Shown piece by piece: positions 14,078-27,100 of a stretch of 64,000 nucleotides of DNA. The translations under genes and the position numbers were made by a program. Position 1 is the stretch's first letter. Every line of letters starts with the position of its first letter. Origin of the DNA: Octopus vulgaris (lineage: Eukaryota). The notes beneath the pieces are model-generated. The model saw only the letters and a list, made by a program, of their open reading frames with translations. It was not told the DNA's origin and did no database searches. The stretch spans positions 24,118,001 to 24,182,000 of the forward strand of contig OX597827.1 of NCBI GenBank assembly GCA_951406725.2, in the 5' to 3' direction.

Positions 14078-14840
14078 CACCACCATTATAGGTGTCTACT
14101 CTTTGAACCCCCCTCTTCAATACGCTATTTCACCATGCATTACCCCTCTCTCGATATCCTACGTTCTACTTGCCTAGAACCTGTCCTCTGAACCACCCCT
14201 CCCACTGGTGCTCCCCTATATTTCTGCACCCCCCACCACCATTATAGGTGTCTACTCTTTGAACCCCCTCTTCAATACGCTATTTCACCATGCATTACCC
14301 TCTCTCGATATCCTACGTTCTACTTGCCTAGAACCTGTCCTCTGAACCACCCCTCCCAATATTTCTGCACCCCCACCACCATTATAGGTGTCTACTCTTT
14401 GAACCCCCTCTTCAATACGCTATTTCACCATGCCCCTCTCTCGATATCCTACGTTCTACTTGCCTAGAACCTGTCCTCTGAACCACCCCTCCCACTGGTG
14501 CTCCCCTATATTTCTGCACCCCCCACCACCATTATAGGTGTCTACTCTTTGAACCCCCTCTTCAATACGCTATTTCACCATGCATTACCCCTCTCTCGAT
14601 ATCCTACGTTCTACTTGCCTAGAACCTGTCCTCTGAACCACCCCTCCCACTGGTGCTCCCCTATATTTCTGCACCCCCCCACCACCATTATAGGTGTCTA
14701 CTCTTTGAAGCCCCCTCTTCAATACGCTATTTCACCATGCATTACCCCTCTCTCGATATCCTACGTTCTACTTGCCTAGTACCTGTCCTCTGAACCACCC
14801 CTCCCACTGGTGCTCCCCTATATTTCTGCACCCCCCCCCC
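14078..14840. repeat. Tandem repeat, 5 copies of a 140-156 bp unit
   Basis: ATTATAGGTGTCTACTC recurs at 14085, 14241, 14381, 14531 and 14687. Confidence 0.95.
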
Positions 14841-15083
14841 ATAAAAAGCACCATCCGAACGTGGCCGATGCCAGACCCCTCTGGCACCTGTGCAGGTGGC
14901 ACGTAAAAAACACCCACTACACTCGCGGAGTGGTTGGCGTTAGGAAGGGCATCCAGCTGTAGAAACACTGCCAGACTAGACTGGAGCCTGGGGCAGTCCC
15001 GAGCTCCCCAGACCCCGGTCGAAACCGTCCAACCCGTGCTAGCGCGGAAAACGGACGTTAAATGATGATGATGATGATGATGA
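14841..15083 (+). mobile_element. RTE-tail SINE ending in (GAT)n
   Basis: Shared core GGAGTGGTTGGCGTTAGGAAGGGCATCCAGC and (TGA)n tail. Confidence 0.8.
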
Positions 15084-15213
15084 CAGTTATTATACATATT
15101 TGGCTAATAGTTTTAAAAAACTAACACATAGGGAGATGAAAAATAATAATTAAAACCATGGTTCAGTTCATAAAATTATAAAGCTATAAAAGTCAATAAA
15201 AATTACTATTAAT

Positions 15214-15244
<31 letters not shown>

Positions 15245-15397
15245 GATACAGTTAAGTTTGCACCAAGTCCATCCTTTCAAGATCGAAATAACTATATAGT
15301 ACTTATCGAAATAACTATATAAGTACTTATAATTGCAATGCAATTAATTCATTCATTATATCGGATGAGCGAAGGTAAAATATTTTACCGTAAATTC

Positions 15398-15752
15398 ATA
15401 ATACAAATAAGAAAATGGAGGAACAAATTCATTTCAATCAACAACTTACAGATATTACCAATTCATATTATTTATTAACTACATAAATAGAAACATCCAA
15501 ATCGAACAAAACAATATGCATCAATATGCAAGATAATAATACCATAAGAATAATACACATAAAATGGTCCTTACAGCTGTTTCAGCCTATAGATAAAAGT
15601 ATCTCATTGTGCCTATATTAGTCAGATGTATTGAGATAATATGCAGTTAAAAATGTACTTATATATATATCTCAAGGCCTCGTCAGAGGTTATAAAATAC
15701 AATTATAAAAATGTAAATATAAATATGAAACAAAATACACATATATTTGGAT

Positions 15753-15851
<99 letters not shown>

Positions 15852-16142
15852 TATACATATATATAAGTAAGTACCTCATTTTTAACTGCATATTACCTCA
15901 GTACATCAGACTAATATAAGCAGAATGAGATACTTTTATCTATAGGCCGAAACAGCTGTAAGGACCATTTTATGTGTATTATTCTATTATTCTTATGGTA
16001 TTATTATCTTGCATATTGATGTATATTGTTTTGTTCGATTTGGATGTTCCTATTTATATAATTAATAAATAATATGAAATGGTAATATCTGTAAGTTGAT
16101 GATTGAAATGAATTTGTTCCTCCATTTTATTACTTGTATTAT
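15398..16142. repeat. About 270-bp inverted repeat (15398-15663 and 15865-16142) around a long (TA)n
   Basis: The right arm is the reverse complement of the left and carries only the GAAA/GUA half of the hammerhead (AGGCCGAAACAGCTGTAAGG, 15944-15963). Confidence 0.85.
15569..15689 (-). ncRNA. Type I hammerhead ribozyme with long (about 96 nt) stem II
   Basis: Minus strand CCT-CTGACGA-GGCCT...AGGCT-GAAA-CAGCTG-TA-AGG, GUA triplet. Confidence 0.75.
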
Positions 16143-16486
16143 ACATACACACACACATATATATATATACATATATATACATATATATGTATATATATAT
16201 ACACATATATATACATATATATGTATATATATATATATACATATATATATTTATATATATATATACATGTATATATTTATATATATATATATACATGTAT
16301 ATATTTATATATATATATACATGTATATATTTATATATATATATACATGTATATATTTATACATACATACATACATACATATATTTATACATACATACAT
16401 ATATATATTTATACATACATACATATATATATTTATACATACATACATACATATATATATTTATACATACATACATATATATATTT

Positions 16487-16519
<33 letters not shown>

Positions 16520-17305
16520 AAATATATTTGCCAACTAAATGTGGCAGTCCTGTAGATAACAATGTTACTGTTGTTTTTAGCCCCAGGAAGACATCTCCTC
16601 CATGTTCGGATGGTGCTTTTTACGTGCCATCGGCACGGGGAGCCAGTCAGGTGACTTCGTACCTTACAAGTTTCTATGACTCAAGAAGGTAACTTTACCT
16701 TTTTTTCACTACTAAGCATTTTGCCTGGTTTGCTAACAATACTACCAGCTTGTGGCTTTGGAATACGCTAATATTGGTTTCAAATTTTGGCGCAAAGCCA
16801 GTAATGTTAGTGGAACGGTTAAGTCCATTACACTGAGCTCCTGTGATCAACTGGTAGTTACTTCGTCAACCTTAAAAGAATGAAAGATAAAGTTGAACTC
16901 AGGAATTAAAGATTGTTCAAATGCTGCCAAGCATTTTGCCTGGCCTGTTAAGAATTCTACCAGCCAACCACAGCCTTACAATATCAACACCAACCAGCAC
17001 TGTGCGTATGTTAGCTTGTAATAGTTGCTTAGGACACACGTAGAGCAAACCAGAGAATACTTTGTTACTGATATGAAAGAACTTCTAATTATTACAGAAA
17101 TAAACTGACCCATACATTGTACTGATTTAATTTATTCTATAATAAAAGAGAACTTTTTCTCTATTCACTAACATTACAAGCAGTGTAATAATAATGGAGG
17201 AAACCATGAGGATTATGAAGCTTTGCTGAGATCTGTCATGTGAATGTAGCAATCTGTATGCAGTCTGTAATATCAACTAGCACATATACATGTGTGTGTG
17301 TGCAT

Positions 17306-17337
<32 letters not shown>

Positions 17338-17349
17338 TATATGTATCTG

Positions 17350-17973
17350 TGACCGTGACTGACCAGGTTATCAGATGGTGTTACACATCGCTGGTCACAA
17401 TGCGCTTTGCATTGTTTTAGCCTTCAAATGATGCCACCCCGCTGGCTAAGCGAGCAGGCCAACAGAAGAATAAGGGAAAGTTGCGGCGAAAGAGTACAGC
17501 AGGGACCGCCACCATCCCCTGCCGGAGCCTTGTGGAGCTTTAGGTGTTTTCGCTCAATAAACACTCACAACGCCCGGTCTGGGAATTGAAACCGCGATGC
17601 TACAACCGCAAGTCCGCTGCCCTAACCACTGGGCCATTGCACCTCCTATCTATCTATCTATATATATATATGCATATATATCCGTAACCGACCAGGTTAT
17701 CAGATGGTGTTACACATCACTGGTCATAATGAGCTTTGCATTGCTTTAGCCTTCAAATGACGCCACCCTGCCAGCTAAGCGAGTAGGCCAACAGAAGAAT
17801 GAGTGAGAGAAAGTTGTGGCGAAAGAGTACAGCAGGGATCGCCACCACCCCCTGCTGGAGCCTCGTGGAGCTTTAGGTGTTTTTCCTCAATAAACACTCA
17901 CAATGCCCTGTCTGGGAATTGAAACCACGATCCTACGACCACGAGTATGCTGCCCTAACCACTGGGCCATTGC
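17350..17973 (-). mobile_element. Two tandem copies of a tRNA-headed SINE, family D
   Basis: Minus-strand head TGGCCCAGTGGTTAGGGC...GGTTTCAATTCCC. Similar copy at about 45900-46183. Confidence 0.8.
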
Positions 17974-18284
17974 CTATATATATAGACACACACACACTCT
18001 CTATATACCCGTTTCATTAGTCACAGCATTTCCCCCTCCCCACTTTTGCAAACTCCCTACTCACTCAACCTGGGCAATCCACTCTCATTCAATTTACATC
18101 CTCGTACCTTGATAGAGTGTCCTGGCACCATCTCTCTCGCTCTCTTTTACTTTCACCCTCTCTCTTCCTCACCCTCCCACTGGGGCAACCATGTGTCTCC
18201 TCTACAGCAAGACACCTGTTTCTGCCACTTCATCATACTTTAACCTCTCATCACCTGTATAAACCCACCTCCTTCCATTCCCCC

Positions 18285-19172
18285 ACACTCTTTCACGGCA
18301 GTGAAAGATGGGCTGTGACTGCAAAGGACATGCGTAGGCTTGAAAGAAATGAAGCTAGCATGATCCGCTGGATGTGTAATGTCAGTGTGCACACACGACA
18401 GAGTGTAAGCGCCCTAGGGAGAAATGCTGGACATAAGAAGCATCAGATGTGATGTGCAAGAGAGACGTTTGCGCTGGTATGGTCAGTACTGCAGATGGAT
18501 GAGGAGAGATGTGTGAAGTGCCACTCCCAAACAGTTGAAGGTATCTGGAAGAGAGGTAGACCCAGGAAGACATGGGATGAGGTGGTCAAGCATGACCTTC
18601 GAACATCGGGCCTCACAGAGGCAATGACGAAAGACTGAGATTTCTGGAGATATGCTGTGACTGCGAAGACCCGACAAATAATGTGAGCTCATGGCTGTTT
18701 CCTGCACTAGTTTCACATAGCCCCAGCCCATCAAAAGTACCTGGATTGCAGAACGACCTGCTGTGCTTACCTTGGATTGTAGGGTGACCTGCTGTGCTTG
18801 AGGAGACCTATTGAGTCAAGTACACCAACATCAAAATAAAAATCAAATGGAAATTGTAGTTGTGATACCTGTGCCATTGGCATGTAAATAGCACCATCTG
18901 AACGTGGCCGATGCCAGCGCTGCCTTGACTGGCTTCTGTGCCGGTGGCATATAAAAAGCACCAACCGATCGTGGCCGCTGCCAGCCTCCCCTGGCACGTA
19001 TAAAGCACCCACTACACTCAAGGAGTGGTTGGCATTAGGAAGGATATTCAGCAGTAGAAACACTGCTAGATCAGACTGGAGCCTGTTGCAGCCTCCTGGC
19101 TTCCCAAACCCCGGTCAAACCATCCAACCCGTGCTAGCACGGAAAACAGACATTAAACAATGATGATGATGA
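18285..19172 (+). mobile_element. 5'-truncated RTE LINE
   Basis: LFHGSERWAVTAKDMRRLERNEASMIRWMC...RRLRWYG...GRPRKTW, then 3' UTR and (GAT)n tail. Confidence 0.85.
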
Positions 19173-19425
19173 CATATATATATATATATATATCTTTTAT
19201 AAACAAACTTTGGAAGCGTTAGATGTGATTGGTATTTTGTAGACAAGAAAGAATAAATTTCAGACACAATAAAACTGTAAAAACAGCCAAGATTGGGTAT
19301 TTACCCCTTTTTCCATCTTATTAGGGTAAACACCCAGTCTTTCTTTGCTGTTTTTACACCTTTACTGCATTTGAAATTTATTTCCCTGTATGCAATATAT
19401 ATGTGTGTGTACTCAGCCAGTCGCA

Positions 19426-19649
19426 TTAACCCTTCCGTTATTGTATTTATTTTGAGATGTTCTGTGTTTCTTTCAATTACTTTAAATATAACAAAGAATT
19501 TAGTAAAATAACTTATCATTCAGCTAGTGTTAGGAACATAAATTGTGACTAAGGTTTGGTGGAAGATTTTAATTCAAAACTTATGCAAACAAGACTTTTG
19601 TATTGAGAGCCAGAGCTGGTTTCAGCTGGGTTGGTAACAAAAGGGTTAA
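19426..19649. mobile_element. piggyBac-type MITE
   Basis: TTAA|CCCTTCCGTTA ... TAACAAAAGGG|TTAA. Confidence 0.75.
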
Positions 19650-20456
19650 AGTCTGTATGACAAAAGGTTTTGGTTTTAATGTCTCGATTATTGCTGGGAG
19701 TAAAAACAGGTGTTAGACATTCTAATGGATCTTTCTTTTCCATGCAGAATATTTCTTGTTGATGTAAGCCATTAATGGAATGGAGCAAAAAGCTTTAACT
19801 CAATACTTTATGTATTTGTTGTTCCTATCATTTCATTGAAGAACCACAATGGTTATATAGCAACTACCCACCCCTCCACACTGTTCTTTACAATTCCATT
19901 GAAGTCTGCAATGTATTTGGAGTTGGTAGCAGAGGCCAAACAAGTAATGGGGTTCTGTAGTCTGGTTTTGCTTCTCCACATTAACATACAGCTGGACCGG
20001 TCCTGTAATCCCTATCTAACCTAAAACAGTTTTAGCTCACCTTATTACTTGTTCTGATGTGGTCCAGTGTCTTCCATTGAACCAACTTTTACATCCAAAG
20101 TTGGAACCTAGTCTCCTGAAATGTTAGGGGCTCGGTATTAGTGAGGAATCTTGTTGATTTTAGTCCTTGGCCCCAGGGCTGATGTCCATGGAGAAGGCGG
20201 TCATCCTAACTTGACTGGCAACTCTGATGTTGTAATGCCAGTACAAAGGTAAAGGCAGTTAGTGTGGATGGGTTTCAATAAAAAATGATCACATATTGTT
20301 GAACACTGTCAAGAGAGGATACCTTTCTTCACTTTGTTACCATTATTTAACTGTGGGTCAGCTCCACAGCCAAAATTGATCCAGTTTTGAACGTCTCATC
20401 TACTTTTCAATGTTAATGTTTTTGTCAAAATTATTCAATATGAGTTTTCTGCTATT

Positions 20457-20680
20457 TTAACCCTTTAGCATTTAAACTGGCAATAATCCAGCCAAAATAT
20501 CGTTTTATGTTCAAACTGACCAGATCTAGCCTCTCACACCTACTCTACAATGTCATTCTAAGAATATACATCCAATCACATCATGGAAATGTCAACCCAT
20601 GAAATAAAACATGATTAATTCAAAACTATGTGAATAAATAAAATACATTTGAGACAACAATCTGAATGCTACAGGGTTAA
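20457..20680. mobile_element. piggyBac-type MITE
   Basis: TTAA|CCCTTTAGCATT ... AATGCTACAGGG|TTAA. Same family as 48497-48723. Confidence 0.75.
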
Positions 20681-21189
20681 AGATAGTAGCGAATAATTTA
20701 AGGGGGAATTGGCTGCTATTATTAAGAGATTGAGCAACTTTGTAGAGAGGCTTCTGACATTGTAGAACATTTTTTTTTAGCACAAAATTTACTGACTGTA
20801 GCTCTGCTGTGTTTTGTATTAAATCATCTAGAAATAGCCAGACTGTTTTTTTTTTCTTTCTCTTTTCCATAGATTCATGCCTGGAGACGTACTGGGAAGA
20901 GAGGCAATCACAGAAACATCATACTCTTGGAAGAGGTTGAAATAGCAACAGAATAAGCTAAGATTGGAAACATCAGTCACACATATTTTAGAAAGGATAA
21001 TATTGATTCAAATGGAACCTTTTTTTGGAGACAGTTAACCTCCTGATCTCTATTTTATTTTGCAAACAGCATTAAATACAAGTTTCCAGTAGCAAAATTG
21101 GCAAAAGATTGTCTATGATAATTAATGGGGAGGAATATTTAAAGCATTCAGTTTATTGCCAATATATATAAATACATACATACATATAT

Positions 21190-21590
21190 ATTTCTTTACT
21201 ACCCACAAGAGGCTAAACATAGAGGGGACAAACAAAGGGATTAAGTTGATTATATGGACCCCAGTGTGAAACTGGTATTTTATTTATCGACCCTGAAAGG
21301 ATGAAAGGCAAAGTCGACCTTGGCGGAATTTGAACTCAGAACATAACAGCATACAAAATACCTATTTCTTTCCTACCCAAAAGGGGCTAAACATAGAGAG
21401 GACAAACAAGGACAGACAAAGGGATTAAGTCGATTACATCGACCCCAGTGTGAAGCTGGTACTTCATTTATCGACCCCAAAAGGATGAAATGCAAAGTTG
21501 ACCTCGGCGGAATTTGAACGTAATGGCAGACGAAATACAGCTATGCATTTCACCCGGCGTGCTAATGTTTCTGCCAGCTCGCCGCCTTAT
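21190..21590 (-). mobile_element. SINE family B with internally duplicated 3' half
   Basis: Carries the GACTTTGCCTTTCATCCTTT.GGGGTCGATAAA-type central domain twice. Related copies at about 22585-22800, 23057-23270 and 41243-41450. Confidence 0.75.
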
Positions 21591-23797
21591 ATATATATAT
21601 ACATATATATATAACAGGCTTCTACAAAATTTCCATCAACCAAATTCTTCTGAGGAAGGATTCATCAACAGAAGGATATGATAGTCAATGATTGTTTGTT
21701 TGTTTGTTCCTTCTCAAGCCATGCCTGGCTCATAAGGGCCGGTTCCCGTTTCCTTGCTGTATACGTTCCCCACCTGGATGGGATGCCGGTCTGTCACAGG
21801 TGAGCTGCAAGATGTAGGAGGAAAGAGTGAGAGAAAGTTGTGGCGAAAGAGTCAGCAGAAGTTTGCCATTACCTCCTGCCGGAGCCGCGTGGAGCTTAGG
21901 TGGTTTGCTCATAAACACACGCATCGCCTGGTTTGCAATTCAAACCCGCGATTCTTCGACCGCGAGTCCGCTGCTCTAACAACTAAGCCATGTACCTCCA
22001 CTGTGAATGATTACCCTTGGTTCTAAATTATAGTCACACCCAAGTGACTAATTTAACATGGCCATGAACAGTTGGCTGGATCATTAGAAAAGATCATTTT
22101 GGTCTGCTGTTTAAAGGATAAACAATTCATAACACCATTTGGGCTGATGCTGGAAGATTACATTTACTTATTTATAGATAGGCACCATGAGGAAGTTGTC
22201 AATTGTAAACTGTGACAAGACTGTGTAGCTTTGGCACCATGTAGTGCTGAGTTTGAGGAAAGGATGGTTATAAGAACAGGCTATGTTGGTAGTTAATAAA
22301 AATCACCGAAACAGAAAGGTACTGGAATTACTTAAGATCTTATGACTGAAGGAATTACTAATTCATGTGAAGTGGTTCTGAAATTCCCTTTTACTATCTT
22401 CTGTAATACTGTGTCTGATTTCCCACATCATCAGCATTTAACGTCTGTTCTCTATGCTGGCAGGAGCCGTACCATGCCCCATAGTCTGTTTTAGCATGGT
22501 TCTATGGCTTGATGCCTTGCCTAAAAACTAACCACTTTAGAGTACATTAAGTACCTTTTTATGTGCTACCATGCTTTCAAATAATCCTTTCTACTATAAA
22601 CACAAGGCCTGAAATTTTGTGGGGAGGAGTAAGTCGATTACATCGACCCCAGTATTCAACTGGTACTTATTTTATTGACCCTGAGAGAATGAAAGACGAA
22701 GTCAACCTCAGCAGCATTTGAACTCAGAACATGAAAACGGATGAAATGCTGCAAAGCATTTCACCTGGAATGCTAACGATTCTGCCAGCTTGCAGCCTTC
22801 TCCATACTTTCAAATAATGAGAACAGGTTGTTAAATACACAGAACTAGAAGTGAGAGCTTGTATGGGTTATCCTCCTCCAATAACTATCTTCAGCTGGGT
22901 ATACAGAGTTAACTAGCCAGCACTTTAACACTAATGCCTATGTTTCAACAGAGTTAATATGTCTCCTTTGGGTACCCCAAACCAGCATAATATACCAATA
23001 TATAAATAATTTATTTTTGAGTTTCCAGGGAAACAACTGCAGAGTGTACATTAATTGAAGGCGGTGAGCTGGCAGAATTGTTAGCATGCCGGGCAAAATG
23101 CTTACCGGTATTTCGCTTGCCGTTACGTTCTGAGTTCAAATTCTGCCAAGGTTGACTTTGCCTTTCATCCTTTCGGGGTTGATAAATTAAGGACGCACTC
23201 GAGTCGATATAATCGACTTAATCCGTCTGTCTGTCCTTGTTTAGCCCCTTGTGGGTAGTAAAGAAATAGATATATTGTTTTAGAAACCATAATTCAGGAC
23301 AGCTACTGTGCTTTTGTTCACTGGGATCGTGGGTTCAAAACCAGTCAAATGCTTCTGCTATGAAAATAAGGACGCAGAGCAAAATATTAAAATTTTTGGA
23401 AATTTTACTGAAGTCATGCAGTAGTAGAATATTATAGATAGAAAGAAATAATCCTTTCTGTTGTAGGTGCAATGCCTGAAATTTTTATTGGAAGGGGTTA
23501 GTTGATGACATCAGCCCCAGGGCTCTCAATTCACCCTGAACAGATGAAAAGCTAAGTTGACCATGGCAGTATTTGAATCGAGAATGCAAAGACAAAGTGT
23601 TGCCAAGCATTTTCTTCTACATGCTAACAATTCTGCCAGCTCTCTACCTTTGCCACGTGAAGACACGACTAGTGTATAAAAAAAAAATATATATAAATTT
23701 TTGAAGGGGCTCTTCCCTCAGTGGTATGTGGTGTTAACATAAAGTAAAGATGTCAAATACTTGAGAAAAAATAGAATTTCATAAGAAACTATATATA

Positions 23798-24157
23798 GGA
23801 GTGGCTGTGTGGTAAGTAGCTTGCTTACAAACTACATGGTTCTGGGTTCAGTCGTACTACGTGGCACCTTGTGCAAGTGTCTACTATAGCCTCGGGCCAA
23901 CCAAAGCCTTGTGAGTGAATTTGGTAGACGGAAACTGAAAGAAGCCCGTCGTATATATGTATATATATATATATGTATGTATGTGTTAGTCACCACCACC
24001 ATCGCTTGACAACCAATGCTGGTGTGTTTATGTCGCCGTAACTTAATGGTTCGGCAAAAAGAGACCGATAGAATAAGTACCGGGCTTACAAAGAATAAGT
24101 CCTGGGGTCGATTTGCTTGACTGAAGGCGGTGCTCCAGCATGGCTGCACAAGTAAAA
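23798..24157 (+). mobile_element. tRNA-headed SINE, family A
   Basis: GGAGTGGCTGTGTGGTAAG head, homologous to 7500-7906. Confidence 0.8.
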
Positions 24158-27100
24158 GTGTAATCATATAATTTACGTGTTAGTGCCAGTTGAAAAGATT
24201 TTATGTAAACTAGAAGTAGTGTTTGTCAGAAAGAAACAATAATTTAGCAAACTGCATGTGTAATGTCCAAGCCATGTAAAACCTTCAGCAAGACCATTAA
24301 GTGCTTAATGAAAAGTATACAATGTACAGGTAAGCTATGAAACCATATATGCTAAGCTAGAGTATTCTTGTGTCTTAAGTAAATGACTACTTCTATTAGC
24401 CAAGAGCATCGTCAGCAGAATAATTAGCATTATACAAGGGAGATAACTGCACAATCGAGGCTGTGACAACTAGCGTCATTGTTTAACGTCTGTTGTCCAT
24501 GCTGGAATGGGGCTGGACGGTTCGACAAGGGCTGGCCAGCTGGAAGGCTGTACCAGACTCTAGTCTGATTTGGCATGGTTTCTATAGCTGGATGCCCTTC
24601 CTAACGCCAACCACTCAGTGTAATGGATGCCATCAGTATCTGCCAAGACTGCAATTTTACTTGGCATGATGGGTCTTCTCAAGCATGACATAATGCCAAA
24701 GGTCTCGGTCATTGCCTCTGTGAGGCCCAACGTTACAAAGGAGCCTTTCACATGCTATTTTGCCTCCACGAGGCCCAATGCACAAAAGGTTCTTTTTATG
24801 TCACCAGCATTGGCCATGACTACGATTTGACTTGGCTTGATGGGTCTTCTCATGCACAGTGTATCACCATTGGTCTCTGTCACTAGTCATTGCCTCTCTG
24901 AGACCCAAGGTTTGAAGATCATGCTTCACCACCTTGTCCCATGTCTTCGTGGGTTTACCTCTACCACTTCTTGACACAGTTGCCTTTATCCATATGCTTC
25001 ACTTATGGTTTTAAGTTGGAAGTATTAAATAACAAAAATAAGTTTGTATGGATTTTGGCAAAAGAGAAATATTAACTCCCTGCTCAAATATAGTATCATT
25101 CGAAATACGGACATTTGGGTTAGAGTGCTGGCTGGCCAACTCAATATCGAGGATCGGTATTTGGGAAAGAACATTCCAATTTTGCACTTCAATACCTTGC
25201 TCTCAATGACTTCATCCTTATGTGCTAATTTTCAGGTGTCTATCAGCACACTCTTTTTGAATTGCAGGCTATTTTTCTGTAACTCTGTAAGGCACCCTTC
25301 TGAAATGCCTAGAGTTCAAAAGCTACAATAACATTATGCTAAGAAACAGAACATATTGCTCAGAAGTGATTAGCAATATTTGTGTCTAACGATGCAACCC
25401 TTGAAGCAGGACAATGCAAGAGAAAAGCCTCCATTATTGATAATGAACAATTACATATATTGCTGTAGAAAATAATTCTTAAATAACAAGCCAAAGATTT
25501 TCACCGGTACCATTGCATAGTACCTTGGAGAAATGTCTTCTACTATAGCCTTGGACCAACCAAATCCTTGTTAATGGATTTGGCAGATGGAAGCTAGTTA
25601 CATATGGTCCTGCCTGTCCCTCCTCCCCAGCATCATTTGACAACTGGTGTTGGCATGTTTACATCTATATAACTTAGCATTTTGGCAACAGAGACCAATA
25701 GAATAAGTACCAGCAGTGACTTGGTCTAATGACTAAAATGAGCTCCCTACATTACCTCAAACGACTAGTTTGTTGCATCAAGGGGCTAAGTGAATGGGTC
25801 CATGTTAATCTCCAGATGACTATAAACTACAAAGATTATCAATCTATTCTACACTTCATGCAAAAACAGAATCGTTTACCTGCAATGAAAATGGATCTTT
25901 TGCCTCCAAGAAGAAAAGTTTCAACAGGCCGTTACCAAATGATCCAGTGCTAATTGGCATTGTCCACCAGGAGTTTCTCCTGACAAGTTGAATAACGATA
26001 GGACAGAAATCTACTAAACACATCCAAAGTGCTTACAGATTCAGAAGTGTTATTCCTACTTTGAGTTTTAGAATGGCAAATACCCAATGTCACTATATTC
26101 TCCAAGCAATCACCCCCCGTCATTAGACAATCATAAATAAAAAAAAAAAAATGTGATATAAAACATTGACTGAAGAGGTAGTGGTCAAGCATTTGCTTCT
26201 GAAGACACTTTATGAAAGCAGGATGAACAAACTTGTAACTTACTGGTAAAACAAATACCCTTCAAACTTTGAGCCCCACAGAGGCAGCAACGACTGACAC
26301 CTTTAACCCTTTCATTACTGTATTTATTTTGAGATGCTCTGTGTTTCTTTCTTACTTTCTATATTACTTTAAATATAACAAAGAATTTAGTTAAAAAACT
26401 TAGTTATCATTCAGCTAGGGTTAGGAACATAAATTGTGACAAGCACTCACTACACTCTTGGAGAGGTTGGCATTAGGAAGGGCATCCAGCTGTAGAAACA
26501 CTGCCAGATCAAACTGGAACTGGTGTAGCTCCCCAGTTTTCAGTGAAATGGTCCAACCCATGCCAGCATGGGAAACATGCTGAATGATAATTTAACCCAT
26601 TAGCATTCAGATTACTCTGAGGCCTGATCTGGCCAGTTTGAACATAAAGCAAGTAGAATATTTGGGCTGGTTTAAACATTTCTGAAGAAAAACGCTAAGT
26701 CTCGACAGAAAATGTCTGAATTGAAATGTTAACTTGTATTTCATTTCATGGAATATAACATAACCTTACAGTGATGTTCTAAGTCTGACATACCTTGGGG
26801 GGAACTAAACAGAGACCAACATATAAGCCTACCTTATGCAAAAATGTAAATATTAAGGAAGCCGACGACTGAACAATACCTTGTATTTCTGCTTCAGATA
26901 TCTTCTCTCTCAAGTGACTCCATCTTATTACCATTTCATCCCATCATTGTCAACAATGACCAAGGACAACACACGGTGTGTTCAATCAGTCCCATTTAGG
27001 CTCAGAAGGCCCCGGAATTGTGTAGTTTGCATTTTCTTTGTGCCCTTGCAACTGTTGTGATTTTGAGGAGGAATAGGCACCTTTGTTGGTGCAGCTTCAC

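Noticed and set aside
14078-14840. CRISPR-like periodicity
   Set aside because: Whole units repeat with no unique spacers, the context is eukaryotic, and there are no cas genes.
21648-21680. CTGAGGAAGG hammerhead-like box
   Set aside because: No correctly placed GAAA, stem II or cleavage triplet.
23798-23870. tRNA gene candidates with A and B boxes
   Set aside because: They continue into SINE bodies; these are SINE heads, not tRNAs.
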